From the IMG/VR virus record IMGVR_UViG_3300027659_000020, positions 1 to 64,000 of that record: a DNA stretch of 64,000 nucleotides. One strand, 5' to 3'. The notes beneath the pieces are model-generated. The model ran no database searches, was not told the DNA's origin, and was given only the letters and a program-made list of their open reading frames with translations. Each line of letters begins with the position of its first letter. The first letter of the stretch is position 1. This stretch comes from a virus. Below, piece by piece: positions 9,784-17,719 of the stretch. The translations under genes and the position numbers were made by a program.

Positions 9784-9974
9784 AATCAACTAGGGTAAAA
9801 CAGAAAGAATTCACTGGTAAATTTGATGATATTGACCGCTCTGCAAAACGGAGCTATTCAGCAAAGAAGTCAAAACGACCTCTGAACGAGGATGAAGAGA
9901 ATGAATTCCAGTCCTGGATGAATCGCCCCTCCGATGTCAGTAACTACCTGGAAGACAAAGAAGATATTAGCTGA
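9780..9974 (+). CDS. hypothetical protein
   Basis: 64-aa ORF overlapping both neighbours' start/stop codons. Confidence 0.55.
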   Translation: MKSTRVKQKEFTGKFDDIDRSAKRSYSAKKSKRPLNEDEENEFQSWMNRPSDVSNYLEDKEDIS

Positions 9975-10657
9975 TGAAGTTTAACCATATGCCGGTTAGT
10001 TTAGGTTATGACACTATTCTCTGTGAGAATGCGCTAACCGGCCGTACTTATGTTACGCCGCAGGGTAATCGCTATCCATCGATTACCTCTGTGCTGAGTA
10101 TTTTATCTAAAGAAAAGATTCAGGAATGGCGTACAGCAGTAGGAGAAGTGGAGGCAAATCGTGTGTCCCGTGTAGCTGCATCTCGTGGGACATCGGTACA
10201 CTCGTTAGTAGAAGACTATCTAAATAACAAACCGCTTGATCTGACGCGCGCTATGCCAAATAGCGCTGCTTCATTTCGCTCTATTCAGCCTATTCTAGAT
10301 GCGAGTATTACAGATATTCTGATTCAAGAAGCGCCACTATATTCCGATCATTTGCGCGTGGCTGGTCGATGTGATCTGATCGCTATGTTTGATGGTGTGC
10401 TGTCTGTAGTAGATATCAAGACTTCCTCGCGAGTGAAGACTGCAGATGATATTCATAACTACTTCATGCAGGAAGCAGCATATGCCATCATGTTCGAGGA
10501 GCGTACTAGAATTCCTATCGTCAACCTAGTGACAGTAATTGCAGTAGACTTTTCCAAACCGATTGTCCTTAAGGAGCACAGAGACAATTGGGCAAAACCG
10601 CTACTTGAAACAATCGAGGAACATCGTCGTAGAAAACTGCTCGAACCTAGTAAGTAA
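9974..10657 (+). CDS. PD-(D/E)XK exonuclease
   Basis: YPSITSVL, RGTSVH, AGRCD, DIKTS, YFMQEAAYA. Confidence 0.88.
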   Translation: MKFNHMPVSLGYDTILCENALTGRTYVTPQGNRYPSITSVLSILSKEKIQEWRTAVGEVEANRVSRVAASRGTSVHSLVEDYLNNKPLDLTRAMPNSAASFRSIQPILDASITDILIQEAPLYSDHLRVAGRCDLIAMFDGVLSVVDIKTSSRVKTADDIHNYFMQEAAYAIMFEERTRIPIVNLVTVIAVDFSKPIVLKEHRDNWAKPLLETIEEHRRRKLLEPSK

Positions 10658-10677
10658 AAAGTGGCATACATACTATA

Positions 10678-11286
10678 ATGAAACAAAACCATTCATCGTC
10701 TAATCCGTTACTCGAGCTGCTTAATCAAGAAAAGAAAGCACAGAATGCATTTGCTGGTAAGGAAATTGCTCATCTTCATGAGTACTATCTGACCGGCGAG
10801 ATTGAAGAAGCTAGTAAGTATACCGAATGGTTCAATGTAATTCGGCATGCTCCACCAACTGACCTAGTCAAGCTTTACATTAACTCAGAGGGCGGCAGCT
10901 TATGGACAGCAATTCAGTTTATGCGCGTGCTCAAGGAGTGCAAAGCACAGGTAGTTGCTTCGGTAGAAGGCGCGTGTATGAGTGCAGCAACGATTATCTT
11001 TTTGATGTCTGATAGTTATGAGATCTCGCCGCATTCCATGTTCATGTTCCATAATTACAGCGGAGGAATTATCGGTAAAGGCGGCGAGATGATCGACCAG
11101 ATCAATCATGAGCGCGACTGGTCGGAAAAACTGCTTAACGAGATCTATGAGAATTTCTTAACAAAAGACGAGATTCGAGCAATACTTGATAACAAAGACA
11201 TCTGGATGACATCCGAGCAAGTGGTCGTACGGCTGAATAAGAAAGCTAAGGCAAATAAGAAAGCTAAGCTGAACTCTAAGGAATAG
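10678..11286 (+). CDS. ClpP-like serine protease
   Basis: INSEGG, CMSAATIIF (catalytic Ser), FMFHN (His), KDIWM. Confidence 0.85.
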   Translation: MKQNHSSSNPLLELLNQEKKAQNAFAGKEIAHLHEYYLTGEIEEASKYTEWFNVIRHAPPTDLVKLYINSEGGSLWTAIQFMRVLKECKAQVVASVEGACMSAATIIFLMSDSYEISPHSMFMFHNYSGGIIGKGGEMIDQINHERDWSEKLLNEIYENFLTKDEIRAILDNKDIWMTSEQVVVRLNKKAKANKKAKLNSKE

Positions 11287-11360
11287 CACATCGAGTAGCG
11301 ATGGATTATAAGAATCCAGCGCAACAATTGCTACTCAACAAGTTATGTAATTCGTAGTAG

Positions 11361-11388
11361 TTTACTTTCTCATAGGATATTGTATGGT
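11361..11388 (+). promoter_or_regulatory. early promoter
   Basis: TTTACT-16-TATGGT with IHF-like site at 11333-11345. Confidence 0.5.
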
Positions 11389-11392
11389 TCTA

Positions 11393-11623
11393 ATGATGAA
11401 TAACACTACTAACATTGACACTAACGCTGCATTTAATTCTGAATGGAAACGCACAAATCACTATGCCTACCTTAGCGGCGAACTTCAGGGATTACTGAAG
11501 TATTGGATTAACGCCGGTATTGTGCCAGGAGTCAGTATCACTGACCGTGTCGCATACGACGCGTGGGTAGAGAAGGCGATTGCTCAGTCAAAGGCGAGTG
11601 CAGAAAAGTTCGCGCCACTTTAA
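11393..11623 (+). CDS. hypothetical protein
   Basis: ORF directly after promoter. Confidence 0.55.
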   Translation: MMNNTTNIDTNAAFNSEWKRTNHYAYLSGELQGLLKYWINAGIVPGVSITDRVAYDAWVEKAIAQSKASAEKFAPL

Positions 11624-11651
11624 GTGAATAAAGTCTTGCAATAAATTTTCC

Positions 11652-11864
11652 ATGACTAAAAACGAATACCAACGAAGCCTGCGCGAGTCAGCGCTTGCGC
11701 GATCTGATTTCCGACGCGAGCTATACGCCCGCTTTGCTACCATTGACTACGCCCCTGCACCGACTGTCGCTGCACGCGCTGTTAGCGCAGACGACAGATT
11801 ATCAGAGATTTACTCTGAGGGTCGCATTTACAAGCGGGGTCAATTTACATCCCATGAAATATAA
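11652..11864 (+). CDS. hypothetical protein
   Basis: 70-aa ORF in co-oriented run. Confidence 0.5.
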   Translation: MTKNEYQRSLRESALARSDFRRELYARFATIDYAPAPTVAARAVSADDRLSEIYSEGRIYKRGQFTSHEI

Positions 11865-12003
11865 ATTGTGCATTGAGTGCGGATACCGCGGCTTTCACCA
11901 TGCCAATTGTCCAGAGCGTCCCGATGATGATCTTGAGGATATTGAAATTGAAGTCACGAGCGATGTCGAAGACAACTTTGACCAACAAAATTTTATCCCA
12001 TAA
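11854..12003 (+). CDS. small Cys/His protein with acidic tail
   Basis: MKYKLCIECGYRGFHHANCPE... Confidence 0.5.
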   Translation: MKYKLCIECGYRGFHHANCPERPDDDLEDIEIEVTSDVEDNFDQQNFIP

Positions 12004-12010
12004 GAATATT

Positions 12011-12511
12011 ATGTTAATCTCTAAAAAGAAATCTGCTACATCAGACCTCGAGCATTACAAGAACGAATGTGCGCGGTTACGGAATCTGGTAACAAACTGT
12101 TTTTCTGTCAACCGAGTAGCTGCAACGGCAGCTACAAAGGACGATCAACGACTATACCGCAAAGTCGGTAAGAATAAGTTATTGGCGGTCAATGACCCAT
12201 ATGCGTATGATGGTCTCCGCAATGGCTTTTGGCTAATTCATGTTACTGACGGCAGCACTTCTATTCGTCAGCAGGTCTGGCCAGATAGGGCTGTTCAGAC
12301 TGCAGCTGCGCGTCTTGCAGAAGATGAGATTGTCGAAATCATCCGCAAAGCATCTGTAGCACGGCCAAGCAGTATACCACTTACTCCCGCAGAGAAAGCA
12401 GACTGGGATGCTCTTATTAAGAAGCATGGCGCCCGCTTTAGCACGCTACAGTATCCCTCATTTCAAGAAAATGCTGAGAAAATTGTAAAGGCACTGCTTG
12501 ACCATGAATAA
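12011..12511 (+). CDS. hypothetical protein
   Basis: ATG at 12011 within the 11873..12511 ORF. Confidence 0.6.
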   Translation: MLISKKKSATSDLEHYKNECARLRNLVTNCFSVNRVAATAATKDDQRLYRKVGKNKLLAVNDPYAYDGLRNGFWLIHVTDGSTSIRQQVWPDRAVQTAAARLAEDEIVEIIRKASVARPSSIPLTPAEKADWDALIKKHGARFSTLQYPSFQENAEKIVKALLDHE

Positions 12512-12770
12512 GAATAAAAGAGTTAAGAAAACTAATACGTATAGCAAAGTAGCTATTGAAATGGCTAAGGAGATAGCTAACCTGGTCAATTTTATTGGAA
12601 TGGAATCTCCCTCCGATCGTCTCCATGATATGGAAGAGATATTGGATAGCTATGTTAATCAGAAGCGCGCAGAAGTGCTTCGGAAAAAGATCAATGGCAT
12701 GGCCTATTCCAAAGTGAAGAAACTAGAGGAGAATGTGAATAATCTACTTAGTCGCGGCAACCGCAATTAA
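12504..12770 (+). CDS. hypothetical protein
   Basis: ORF in co-oriented run. Confidence 0.55.
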   Translation: MNKNKRVKKTNTYSKVAIEMAKEIANLVNFIGMESPSDRLHDMEEILDSYVNQKRAEVLRKKINGMAYSKVKKLEENVNNLLSRGNRN

Positions 12771-12795
12771 GCTTAATGAGTTTAAGGAAAATAAG

Positions 12796-13023
12796 ATGTA
12801 TACCGAATCAGAGATGACGCACCGGCTGCAATCAGCCGGTATTTTGACAGATCCTAACTTCGTGCCGCGAGAGACCTCGGTTAATCGCTTTGGAGTAATG
12901 ATCTGGGATCACAAGACTGGTGGCCATTGTCAGGTTCTCAACGGTGAAAGCTGGAAGACTGCCCGCAAATATAATGTCCCTCGCAAAGGATTCTCTTCTG
13001 TCGTCAAGTCTATTGTAGGATAA
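12796..13023 (+). CDS. hypothetical protein
   Basis: 75 aa, TAATG coupling to HNH gene. Confidence 0.55.
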   Translation: MYTESEMTHRLQSAGILTDPNFVPRETSVNRFGVMIWDHKTGGHCQVLNGESWKTARKYNVPRKGFSSVVKSIVG

Positions 13024-13676
13024 TGATTCCAGTAGATCCACACACTCGCACTACTCTGGTACTAAACAAGAACTACCAATCAAACGGTCGCTTCTTTACT
13101 GCACGAGCTGCAATTCGGCATTTGATGAATAGCCGAGTCAAGGGCATCGATGCAATGGGCAACTGTGTCTCATGGAACGGATCTGATGTGGAGAATCTGG
13201 AAGGTGTAGGAAGTTCTTTGAGTTGGGCCGATGGATCGGTTAACTTATATTCTGATCAGCCATGCCTGCGTTCCGCGCCAAATGCTATTACTGGGCTAGA
13301 AACTCAGTGGCCAGTGCCGACCATCGTGGTCTGTACCTATCACTTTGGTTATCGTCGCCGCTCTGGCCAGAATATCTCACTCAAGACGCTCTATCATCTC
13401 TGTAAAGGAGTGTGCCAATACTGCGTAGAGAAGATTCCATTTTCTGAGGCCACAAAGGATCATATTTACCCAAAGTCGTTAGGCGGGCCAAATGATCAGT
13501 CAAACATCGCTCTGGCCTGTCGGTCATGTAACTCAGCGAAAGAAGATACTTTTCCTTACCATGACGTGAATGGCCAGGAAGTGCGTTCGCGAGTGATTAA
13601 CCAACACACCGGTGTGCTGCCAGTGGGTATGTCATTCCGCGATGAGTGGAAACCGTATCTTTATATTAGCGAATAG
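13023..13676 (+). CDS. HNH endonuclease
   Basis: TLVLNKNY, CQYC, TKDHIYPKSLGG, NIALACRSCNSAK. Confidence 0.88.
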   Translation: MIPVDPHTRTTLVLNKNYQSNGRFFTARAAIRHLMNSRVKGIDAMGNCVSWNGSDVENLEGVGSSLSWADGSVNLYSDQPCLRSAPNAITGLETQWPVPTIVVCTYHFGYRRRSGQNISLKTLYHLCKGVCQYCVEKIPFSEATKDHIYPKSLGGPNDQSNIALACRSCNSAKEDTFPYHDVNGQEVRSRVINQHTGVLPVGMSFRDEWKPYLYISE

Positions 13677-13721
13677 CCTGTCGTAGATCAACGCTTATTG
13701 CACTTATTGTCCATTTAGATG

Positions 13722-13749
13722 TTTACTTTCCCACCATCTAATATAAGAT
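13722..13749 (+). promoter_or_regulatory. promoter of the tRNA/ncRNA array
   Basis: TTTACT-16-TAAGAT. Confidence 0.6.
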
Positions 13750-13766
13750 CTAGATAAATAAATGAC

Positions 13767-13850
13767 ATGGCATTTCAAATGCGGTCATTCTATAATAAAT
13801 TTCAATTTAACTGCCAGACGCCGGCTTTAAGGAGTCCAAACGACCGATAA
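13767..13850 (+). CDS. putative leader peptide (MAFQMRSFYNKFQFNCQTPALRSPNDR)
   Basis: 27-codon ORF between promoter and hairpin, stop abuts hairpin. Confidence 0.4.
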   Translation: MAFQMRSFYNKFQFNCQTPALRSPNDR

Positions 13851-13853
13851 GGG

Positions 13854-13913
13854 GATCCAATCCATAACATAAGTGTGTTATGAGAGGGATCGAATGTAAT
13901 TTGTTCTTTTTAG
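13854..13913 (+). promoter_or_regulatory. hairpin plus boxA-like/U-rich tract
   Basis: GATCC..CATAACAT-AAGT-GTGTTATG..GGATC, then TTGTTCTTTTTAG. Confidence 0.45.
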
Positions 13914-13959
13914 TTTTGACGGTCCCGGACGTCGTTAAATATTTGCCGGGCCCATTTTT

Positions 13960-14035
13960 GCCCTTGTAGCTCAGTTGGTAGAGCACCAGTTTTGTAAACT
14001 GGTTGTCGTCGGTTCAATCCCGTCCGAGGGCTCCA
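13960..14035 (+). tRNA. tRNA-Thr(TGT)
   Basis: cloverleaf, CCAGT-TT TGT AA-ACTGG, encoded CCA. Confidence 0.95.
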
Positions 14036-14039
14036 TTTT

Positions 14040-14110
14040 GCACTAGATTCATCTTCAAAGTGAATCAAAGATTCCGACCCAATAAAGTAAAGTCGAAACG
14101 GAGTGCACCA
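14040..14110 (+). ncRNA. tRNA-like element ending in CCA without canonical D/T loops
   Basis: GCACT/AGTGC-ACCA acceptor-like stem; GATTCAT/GTGAATC hairpin. Confidence 0.45.
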
Positions 14111-14115
14111 AATTT

Positions 14116-14212
14116 CCCTTCACGGTGTGAGGGTCTGATGCCAGCAAGCGATGCTTTCCGATTCGGTTGCGTTCTTCGTATCGCCCAAGAGCAAGATTCA
14201 GATAAAACCGTT
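14116..14212 (+). ncRNA. putative structured RNA
   Basis: CCCT(T)CAC/GTGAGGG, TCTGA/TCAGA, GCGATG/TATCGC. Confidence 0.4.
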
Positions 14213-14223
14213 ATTTATTTTCT

Positions 14224-14298
14224 GCACAGGAAGTCAACTGGTTAGACCGCAGCTTGCAAACCTGCTATTAGCGAGTTCGATTCTCGCCCTGTGCTCCA
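14224..14298 (+). tRNA. tRNA-Cys(GCA)
   Basis: GCACAGG/CCTGTGC, GCA anticodon, CCA. Confidence 0.88.
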
Positions 14299-14308
14299 TC
14301 GATTTTAC

Positions 14309-14398
14309 GGAGGAATGGCTGAGTCCGGTTTAAGGCAACTGACTTGAAATCAGTCGTGGGGCAACTCACCGTGGGTTCAAATCCTACTTCCTCCGCCA
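14309..14398 (+). tRNA. tRNA-Ser(TGA)
   Basis: long variable arm, ACTGA-CT TGA AA-TCAGT. Confidence 0.95.
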
Positions 14399-14404
14399 CT
14401 TTTC

Positions 14405-14490
14405 TGGCGCGTCGCATAGCGGCTATTGCAGGAGACTGTAAATCTCCCCTCTTCGGATACCCCTTGGTTCGAGTCCAAGCGTGCCCACCA
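14405..14490 (+). tRNA. tRNA-Tyr(GTA)
   Basis: GGAGA-CT GTA AA-TCTCC; apparent U1-C72 mismatch. Confidence 0.9.
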
Positions 14491-14503
14491 ATTTCATTGA
14501 TAA

Positions 14504-14579
14504 GCTGGGGTAGCTCAACGGTTTGAGCAGCGCGTTTACATCGCGAAGGCTGGGGGTTCAAATCCCTCCCTCAGCACCA
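14504..14579 (+). tRNA. tRNA-Val(TAC)
   Basis: cloverleaf, TAC anticodon, CCA. Confidence 0.92.
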
Positions 14580-14590
14580 TTTTATTTTTA

Positions 14591-14666
14591 GGGCTCATAT
14601 CTCAGTTGGTAGAGAAGCTGCTTTGCAAGCAGAAGGTCGCAGGTTCGATCCCTGTTGAGTCCACCA
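14591..14666 (+). tRNA. tRNA-Ala(TGC)
   Basis: G3-U70 pair, TGC anticodon. Confidence 0.95.
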
Positions 14667-14676
14667 TTTTTCTCAA

Positions 14677-14806
14677 TTTCCGCAAGGGAACAGGTGTATC
14701 TAGTGAATGGCACACGCCCAATGGGAGGCGCAAGCCGTTAGACCAAACCACTAGGATAACCACCACTGGGAAGGGGGCGGGGAGCGATCTCCTCCCCCAA
14801 CTTTTT
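14677..14806 (+). ncRNA. putative structured RNA with GNRA hairpins and terminator-like end
   Basis: TTTCC-GCAA-GGGAA; CTAGTG/CACTAG; AATGGC/GCCGTT; G-rich-GCGA-C-rich hairpin plus T-run. Confidence 0.5.
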
Positions 14807-14821
14807 TATTCTTTACTTTAT

Positions 14822-14896
14822 ACGGACGTGGTACATTAGTAGTGCAGCAGTCTCCAAAACTGCCTTATGAGGGTGCGATTCCCTCCGTCCGTGCCA
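14822..14896 (+). tRNA. tRNA-Trp(CCA)
   Basis: ACGGACG/CGTCCGT, GCAGT-CT CCA AA-ACTGC. Confidence 0.9.
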
Positions 14897-14898
14897 AT

Positions 14899-15120
14899 TT
14901 GCCAGAATCTGATGATTTGGATTTTCTCATGTATTAAATCCAGGGTAGGTTTAATTCCCCCCGGGCAATTCATTTTGCGGCAGCAAGGGACCCCGCTAAG
15001 TCGCGGATATTTGGCGCTGTCAGCTGGTATCAAGCCCAGCCTGCAATTCAATTTTTGATAGTTAGCACACCCTTAATGAGGTCAGCTTTAATAGACTTGG
15101 GTACGGAATCAACTATCAAA
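14899..15120 (+). ncRNA. three tandem tRNA-sized stem-closed elements
   Basis: closing stems TTGCC/GGCAA, TTGCGG/CTGCAA, TTTGATAGTT/AACTATCAAA separated by T-rich spacers. Confidence 0.4.
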
Positions 15121-15121
15121 T

Positions 15122-15333
15122 TTTGAATAGCAGCTCGGAGTGTAGAAGATTGTTTCCATCTTCGGTACGAGCACGGTCTCTAGCCGTCAGCGGAAAAACG
15201 CAGAATGTAACGAAAAGCCTCTGGGTTCATTAACGGCAAGTTTATTGGGAAACATTAAACTTGCCGGAATCTATGCGTAAATAGGAAACTCGCTGGAGTG
15301 TAGCCATATAAAGCAAAACTACACCTATTCAAA
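15122..15333 (+). ncRNA. ~210-nt structured RNA with loop-loop pairing
   Basis: TTTGAATAG/CTATTCAAA closing stem; 11-bp CGGCAAGTTTA/TAAACTTGCCG; loop TGTTTCC complementary to loop GGAAACA. Confidence 0.65.
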
Positions 15334-15341
15334 TAATTTTA

Positions 15342-15416
15342 GGGGTGGTAGCTTAATGGCGAAGCACCAGCTTGTCACGCTGTAGATTGCGAGTTCAAAT
15401 CTCGTCCATCCCGCCA
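15342..15416 (+). tRNA. tRNA-Asp(GTC)
   Basis: cloverleaf, GTC anticodon, GCCA end. Confidence 0.92.
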
Positions 15417-15425
15417 ATTTCATCT

Positions 15426-15845
15426 ATGAATACTCAAACTAAAAAAATAGTAGTTGCCAGCGGTTATTTTAACCCGATTCATGTCGGGCATATCGAATAC
15501 CTTGAAAGGGCTAAGGAACTTGGCGACAAACTAGTCGTCATTGTTAATACCGATGCACAAGTAAAGATCAAGGGTTCTGTTCCATTTCAGACCGAGCAAG
15601 ATAGATTGCGCATTGTTCAGTCACTAAAAGTGGTAGACCAAGCAATCTTATCCATCGATACCGATGGAAGCGTTTGCCGCTCACTTGTCTTTTTGAAGCC
15701 AAATATCTTTGCTAAAGGCGGAGATAGGCATTCTGGCGAAATTCCAGAAAAGGTAGTATGTGATGCTCACGGAATTGCTATCATAGATGGTCTTGGAGCT
15801 AAGATTCGATCTAGCTCTAGTATAATTTCTGCCGCCATCGTCTAA
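15426..15845 (+). CDS. cytidylyltransferase-family (HxGH) nucleotidyltransferase
   Basis: SGYFNPIHVGH, FAKGGDR, KIRSSS; stop lies within tRNA-Glu. Confidence 0.88.
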   Translation: MNTQTKKIVVASGYFNPIHVGHIEYLERAKELGDKLVVIVNTDAQVKIKGSVPFQTEQDRLRIVQSLKVVDQAILSIDTDGSVCRSLVFLKPNIFAKGGDRHSGEIPEKVVCDAHGIAIIDGLGAKIRSSSSIISAAIV

Positions 15846-15905
15846 CGGTTAGGACAACGGGTTTTCATCTCGTTAATCGGAGTTCGATTCTCCGTGGTGG
15901 TACCA
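15831..15905 (+). tRNA. tRNA-Glu(TTC)
   Basis: GCCGCCA/TGGTGGT, TTC anticodon. Confidence 0.92.
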
Positions 15906-15909
15906 CTTT

Positions 15910-15986
15910 CGGCGATTAGCTTAGTCTGGTAGAGCGCCTGGTTTGGGACCAGGAGGCCGCAGGTTCAAATCCTGCATCGCCGACCA
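15910..15986 (+). tRNA. tRNA-Pro(TGG)
   Basis: CGGCGAT/ATCGCCG, TGG anticodon. Confidence 0.95.
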
Positions 15987-15995
15987 CTTTTAGTC

Positions 15996-16003
15996 TATAA
16001 ATA
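15996..16003 (+). promoter_or_regulatory. T4-type late promoter
   Basis: TATAAATA ending 9 nt before ATG. Confidence 0.7.
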
Positions 16004-16012
16004 GCTGATACG

Positions 16013-16666
16013 ATGAAATCCTTTAAAGAATTCCTTAGAGAATCGCAATTCGCAAATAATACTCAGAAGACGCAGGTTGCCACGACCGGCGGTACCTATG
16101 AGAAGACTGGTGCTTTTCTGAAAGACAAACTGAAGCCACACTCAAAGATTGTCAGCATTGGAGCCGGGCTTGATCATACACGAGATGCAATGCACCGCGG
16201 CCTTGGACATAGTCATACAATCGACGATATGGAGCCAAATCCGGAAAAACGCAAGAATGCCCCTGAGTATACTAAGTCTGAACAGATTCCTCATAATCAT
16301 TATGACGCAGCGGTTTCGCACAATGTGCTAAATGTGGTTGAGCCTCATGTTCGCGATCACGTGATGCATTCAATTTTCAACTCAGTTAAGCCTGGCGGTC
16401 ATGCAGTAATTGGAGCCCGTAAGTGGACTGGTGATGTGGCCAAAAACAAAAACAAAACTTTGGCCTCTGAGCCAAAGGCTATGTGGGTTCACAAAGGAAC
16501 TGAGCATTCGTATCAAAAAGGATTTGACGGAGACGAACTTAAGAGTTATGTCGAAGGCTTTGCTGCAAAGCACGGTCACAAGGTCAAGGTGAGTAATCTA
16601 AAAGGCATTTCAGCCAATGGAGTTCATGTTCACATCCTTAGCAAGGGTAATCGTCCGGCTTCTTAA
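16013..16666 (+). CDS. class I SAM-dependent methyltransferase-like protein with capsid-targeting-like N-terminus
   Basis: MKSFKEFLRE; SIGAG, YDAAVSHNVLNVV, VKPGG. Confidence 0.75.
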   Translation: MKSFKEFLRESQFANNTQKTQVATTGGTYEKTGAFLKDKLKPHSKIVSIGAGLDHTRDAMHRGLGHSHTIDDMEPNPEKRKNAPEYTKSEQIPHNHYDAAVSHNVLNVVEPHVRDHVMHSIFNSVKPGGHAVIGARKWTGDVAKNKNKTLASEPKAMWVHKGTEHSYQKGFDGDELKSYVEGFAAKHGHKVKVSNLKGISANGVHVHILSKGNRPAS

Positions 16667-16679
16667 ACCATTTTCTGAT

Positions 16680-16755
16680 GGTAGTGTAGCTCAGCTGATA
16701 GAGCACGCGCTTGATAAGCGCGCGGTCCTCGGTTTGATCCCGAGCGCTACCACCA
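16680..16755 (+). tRNA. tRNA-Ile(GAT)
   Basis: CGCGC-TT GAT AA-GCGCG. Confidence 0.92.
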
Positions 16756-16764
16756 TATTTACTC

Positions 16765-16858
16765 GGAGGATTGGCAGAGCGGTTTAATGCAAGACTTTGC
16801 TAAAGTCTAGGATGATAAATAACTCGTCCCGCAGGTTCAAATCCTGCATCCTCCGCCA
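16765..16858 (+). tRNA. tRNA-Ser(GCT)
   Basis: long variable arm, GCT anticodon. Confidence 0.93.
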
Positions 16859-16865
16859 CTTTCGT

Positions 16866-16939
16866 TGACCCTTTGTGTAATGGTAGCACAGGAGACTTTG
16901 ACTCTCCTAGTCATGGTTCGAGCCCATGAGGGTCAGCCA
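16866..16939 (+). tRNA. tRNA-Gln(TTG)
   Basis: TGACCCT/AGGGTCA, TTG anticodon. Confidence 0.93.
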
Positions 16940-16949
16940 ATAGCTTTCT

Positions 16950-17369
16950 TTATAGTTCTCCGCGCTTGATCAGAATTGCTTTGTTAATCTGATGACTTTC
17001 TGCCACGAGTTCTTTGTTCTCACCCTGATAAGGAACAGCATAATTATTATTGATTAGCCAATGATTCAGATTAGTGCCGTCATCTAGAATAAACTCACCG
17101 AGGATACGACCAAATTTGTCGTCGTTATTATCCGGCTTGAGAGTGTTAACCTTGACCCAACTACCCGCAGGCAGTTTTTCGGCAAGCTTCTTCTTAGATA
17201 GAAGACCGCGCGGCTTCTCTTCCTTGTTGGATGTGCGTGATTCGGGAGTATCCACTCCAGCCATACGAACGCGCTGATTAGCTAGCACGATATTAAAACC
17301 GAGATCCAGATCGATGTCGACTGTATCGCCATCTAGAACCTTATTGACTTTGCATGAGTATTGGTACAT
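16950..17369 (-). CDS. thermonuclease (SNase)-family nuclease
   Basis: VLDGDTVD, RMAGVDTPESRT, KFGRILG; likely start MYQY. Confidence 0.88.
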   Translation of the reverse strand: MYQYSCKVNKVLDGDTVDIDLDLGFNIVLANQRVRMAGVDTPESRTSNKEEKPRGLLSKKKLAEKLPAGSWVKVNTLKPDNNDDKFGRILGEFILDDGTNLNHWLINNNYAVPYQGENKELVAESHQINKAILIKRGEL

Positions 17370-17458
17370 AGTTACAGTATTTATCGAATTATAAATATTC
17401 TTGCTATAAAGATTCATCAGCTTTCACAGTTCAATCTTAACTTTACTACTGTTAATAC

Positions 17459-17650
17459 ATGCTAGTGATCCGCAGAATGGTCGACAAGCATAGGTCTTAC
17501 ACCGCTATCTTTCTTAAAGGTGAGCAGCCTAAGATCTTTCCTACTTCGGATTACGAGCATGCTAGAATCCTAAAGATCTTCAAGCAGGATAAAGCTTATG
17601 AAGATGTTCTAAACGATTTTACAGATTATGGGCGAGTGGCGGAATGGTAG
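17459..17650 (+). CDS. hypothetical protein
   Basis: 63 aa; stop lies within tRNA-Leu. Confidence 0.6.
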   Translation: MLVIRRMVDKHRSYTAIFLKGEQPKIFPTSDYEHARILKIFKQDKAYEDVLNDFTDYGRVAEW

Positions 17651-17713
17651 ACGCGAAGGTCTTAGAAGCCTTTTCCTTTTGGAGTGCAGGTTCGATCCCT
17701 GTCTTGCCCACCA
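17630..17713 (+). tRNA. tRNA-Leu(TAG)
   Basis: GGCGGAATGGTAGACGC D-arm, TAG anticodon, variable arm. Confidence 0.94.
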
Positions 17714-17719
17714 TTTTAC

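Noticed and set aside
14770-14800. Resemblance to group II intron domain 6
   Set aside because: No catalytic domain 5 upstream and no RT gene
14905-14950. CTGATGA suggesting a hammerhead ribozyme core
   Set aside because: No GAAA after the following stem and no matching cleavage triplet geometry
14003-15058. ORF-track entries across the tRNA cluster (14003, 14151, 14268, 14344, 14606, 14836, 14867)
   Set aside because: They overlap clear tRNA genes on one strand or the other; spurious
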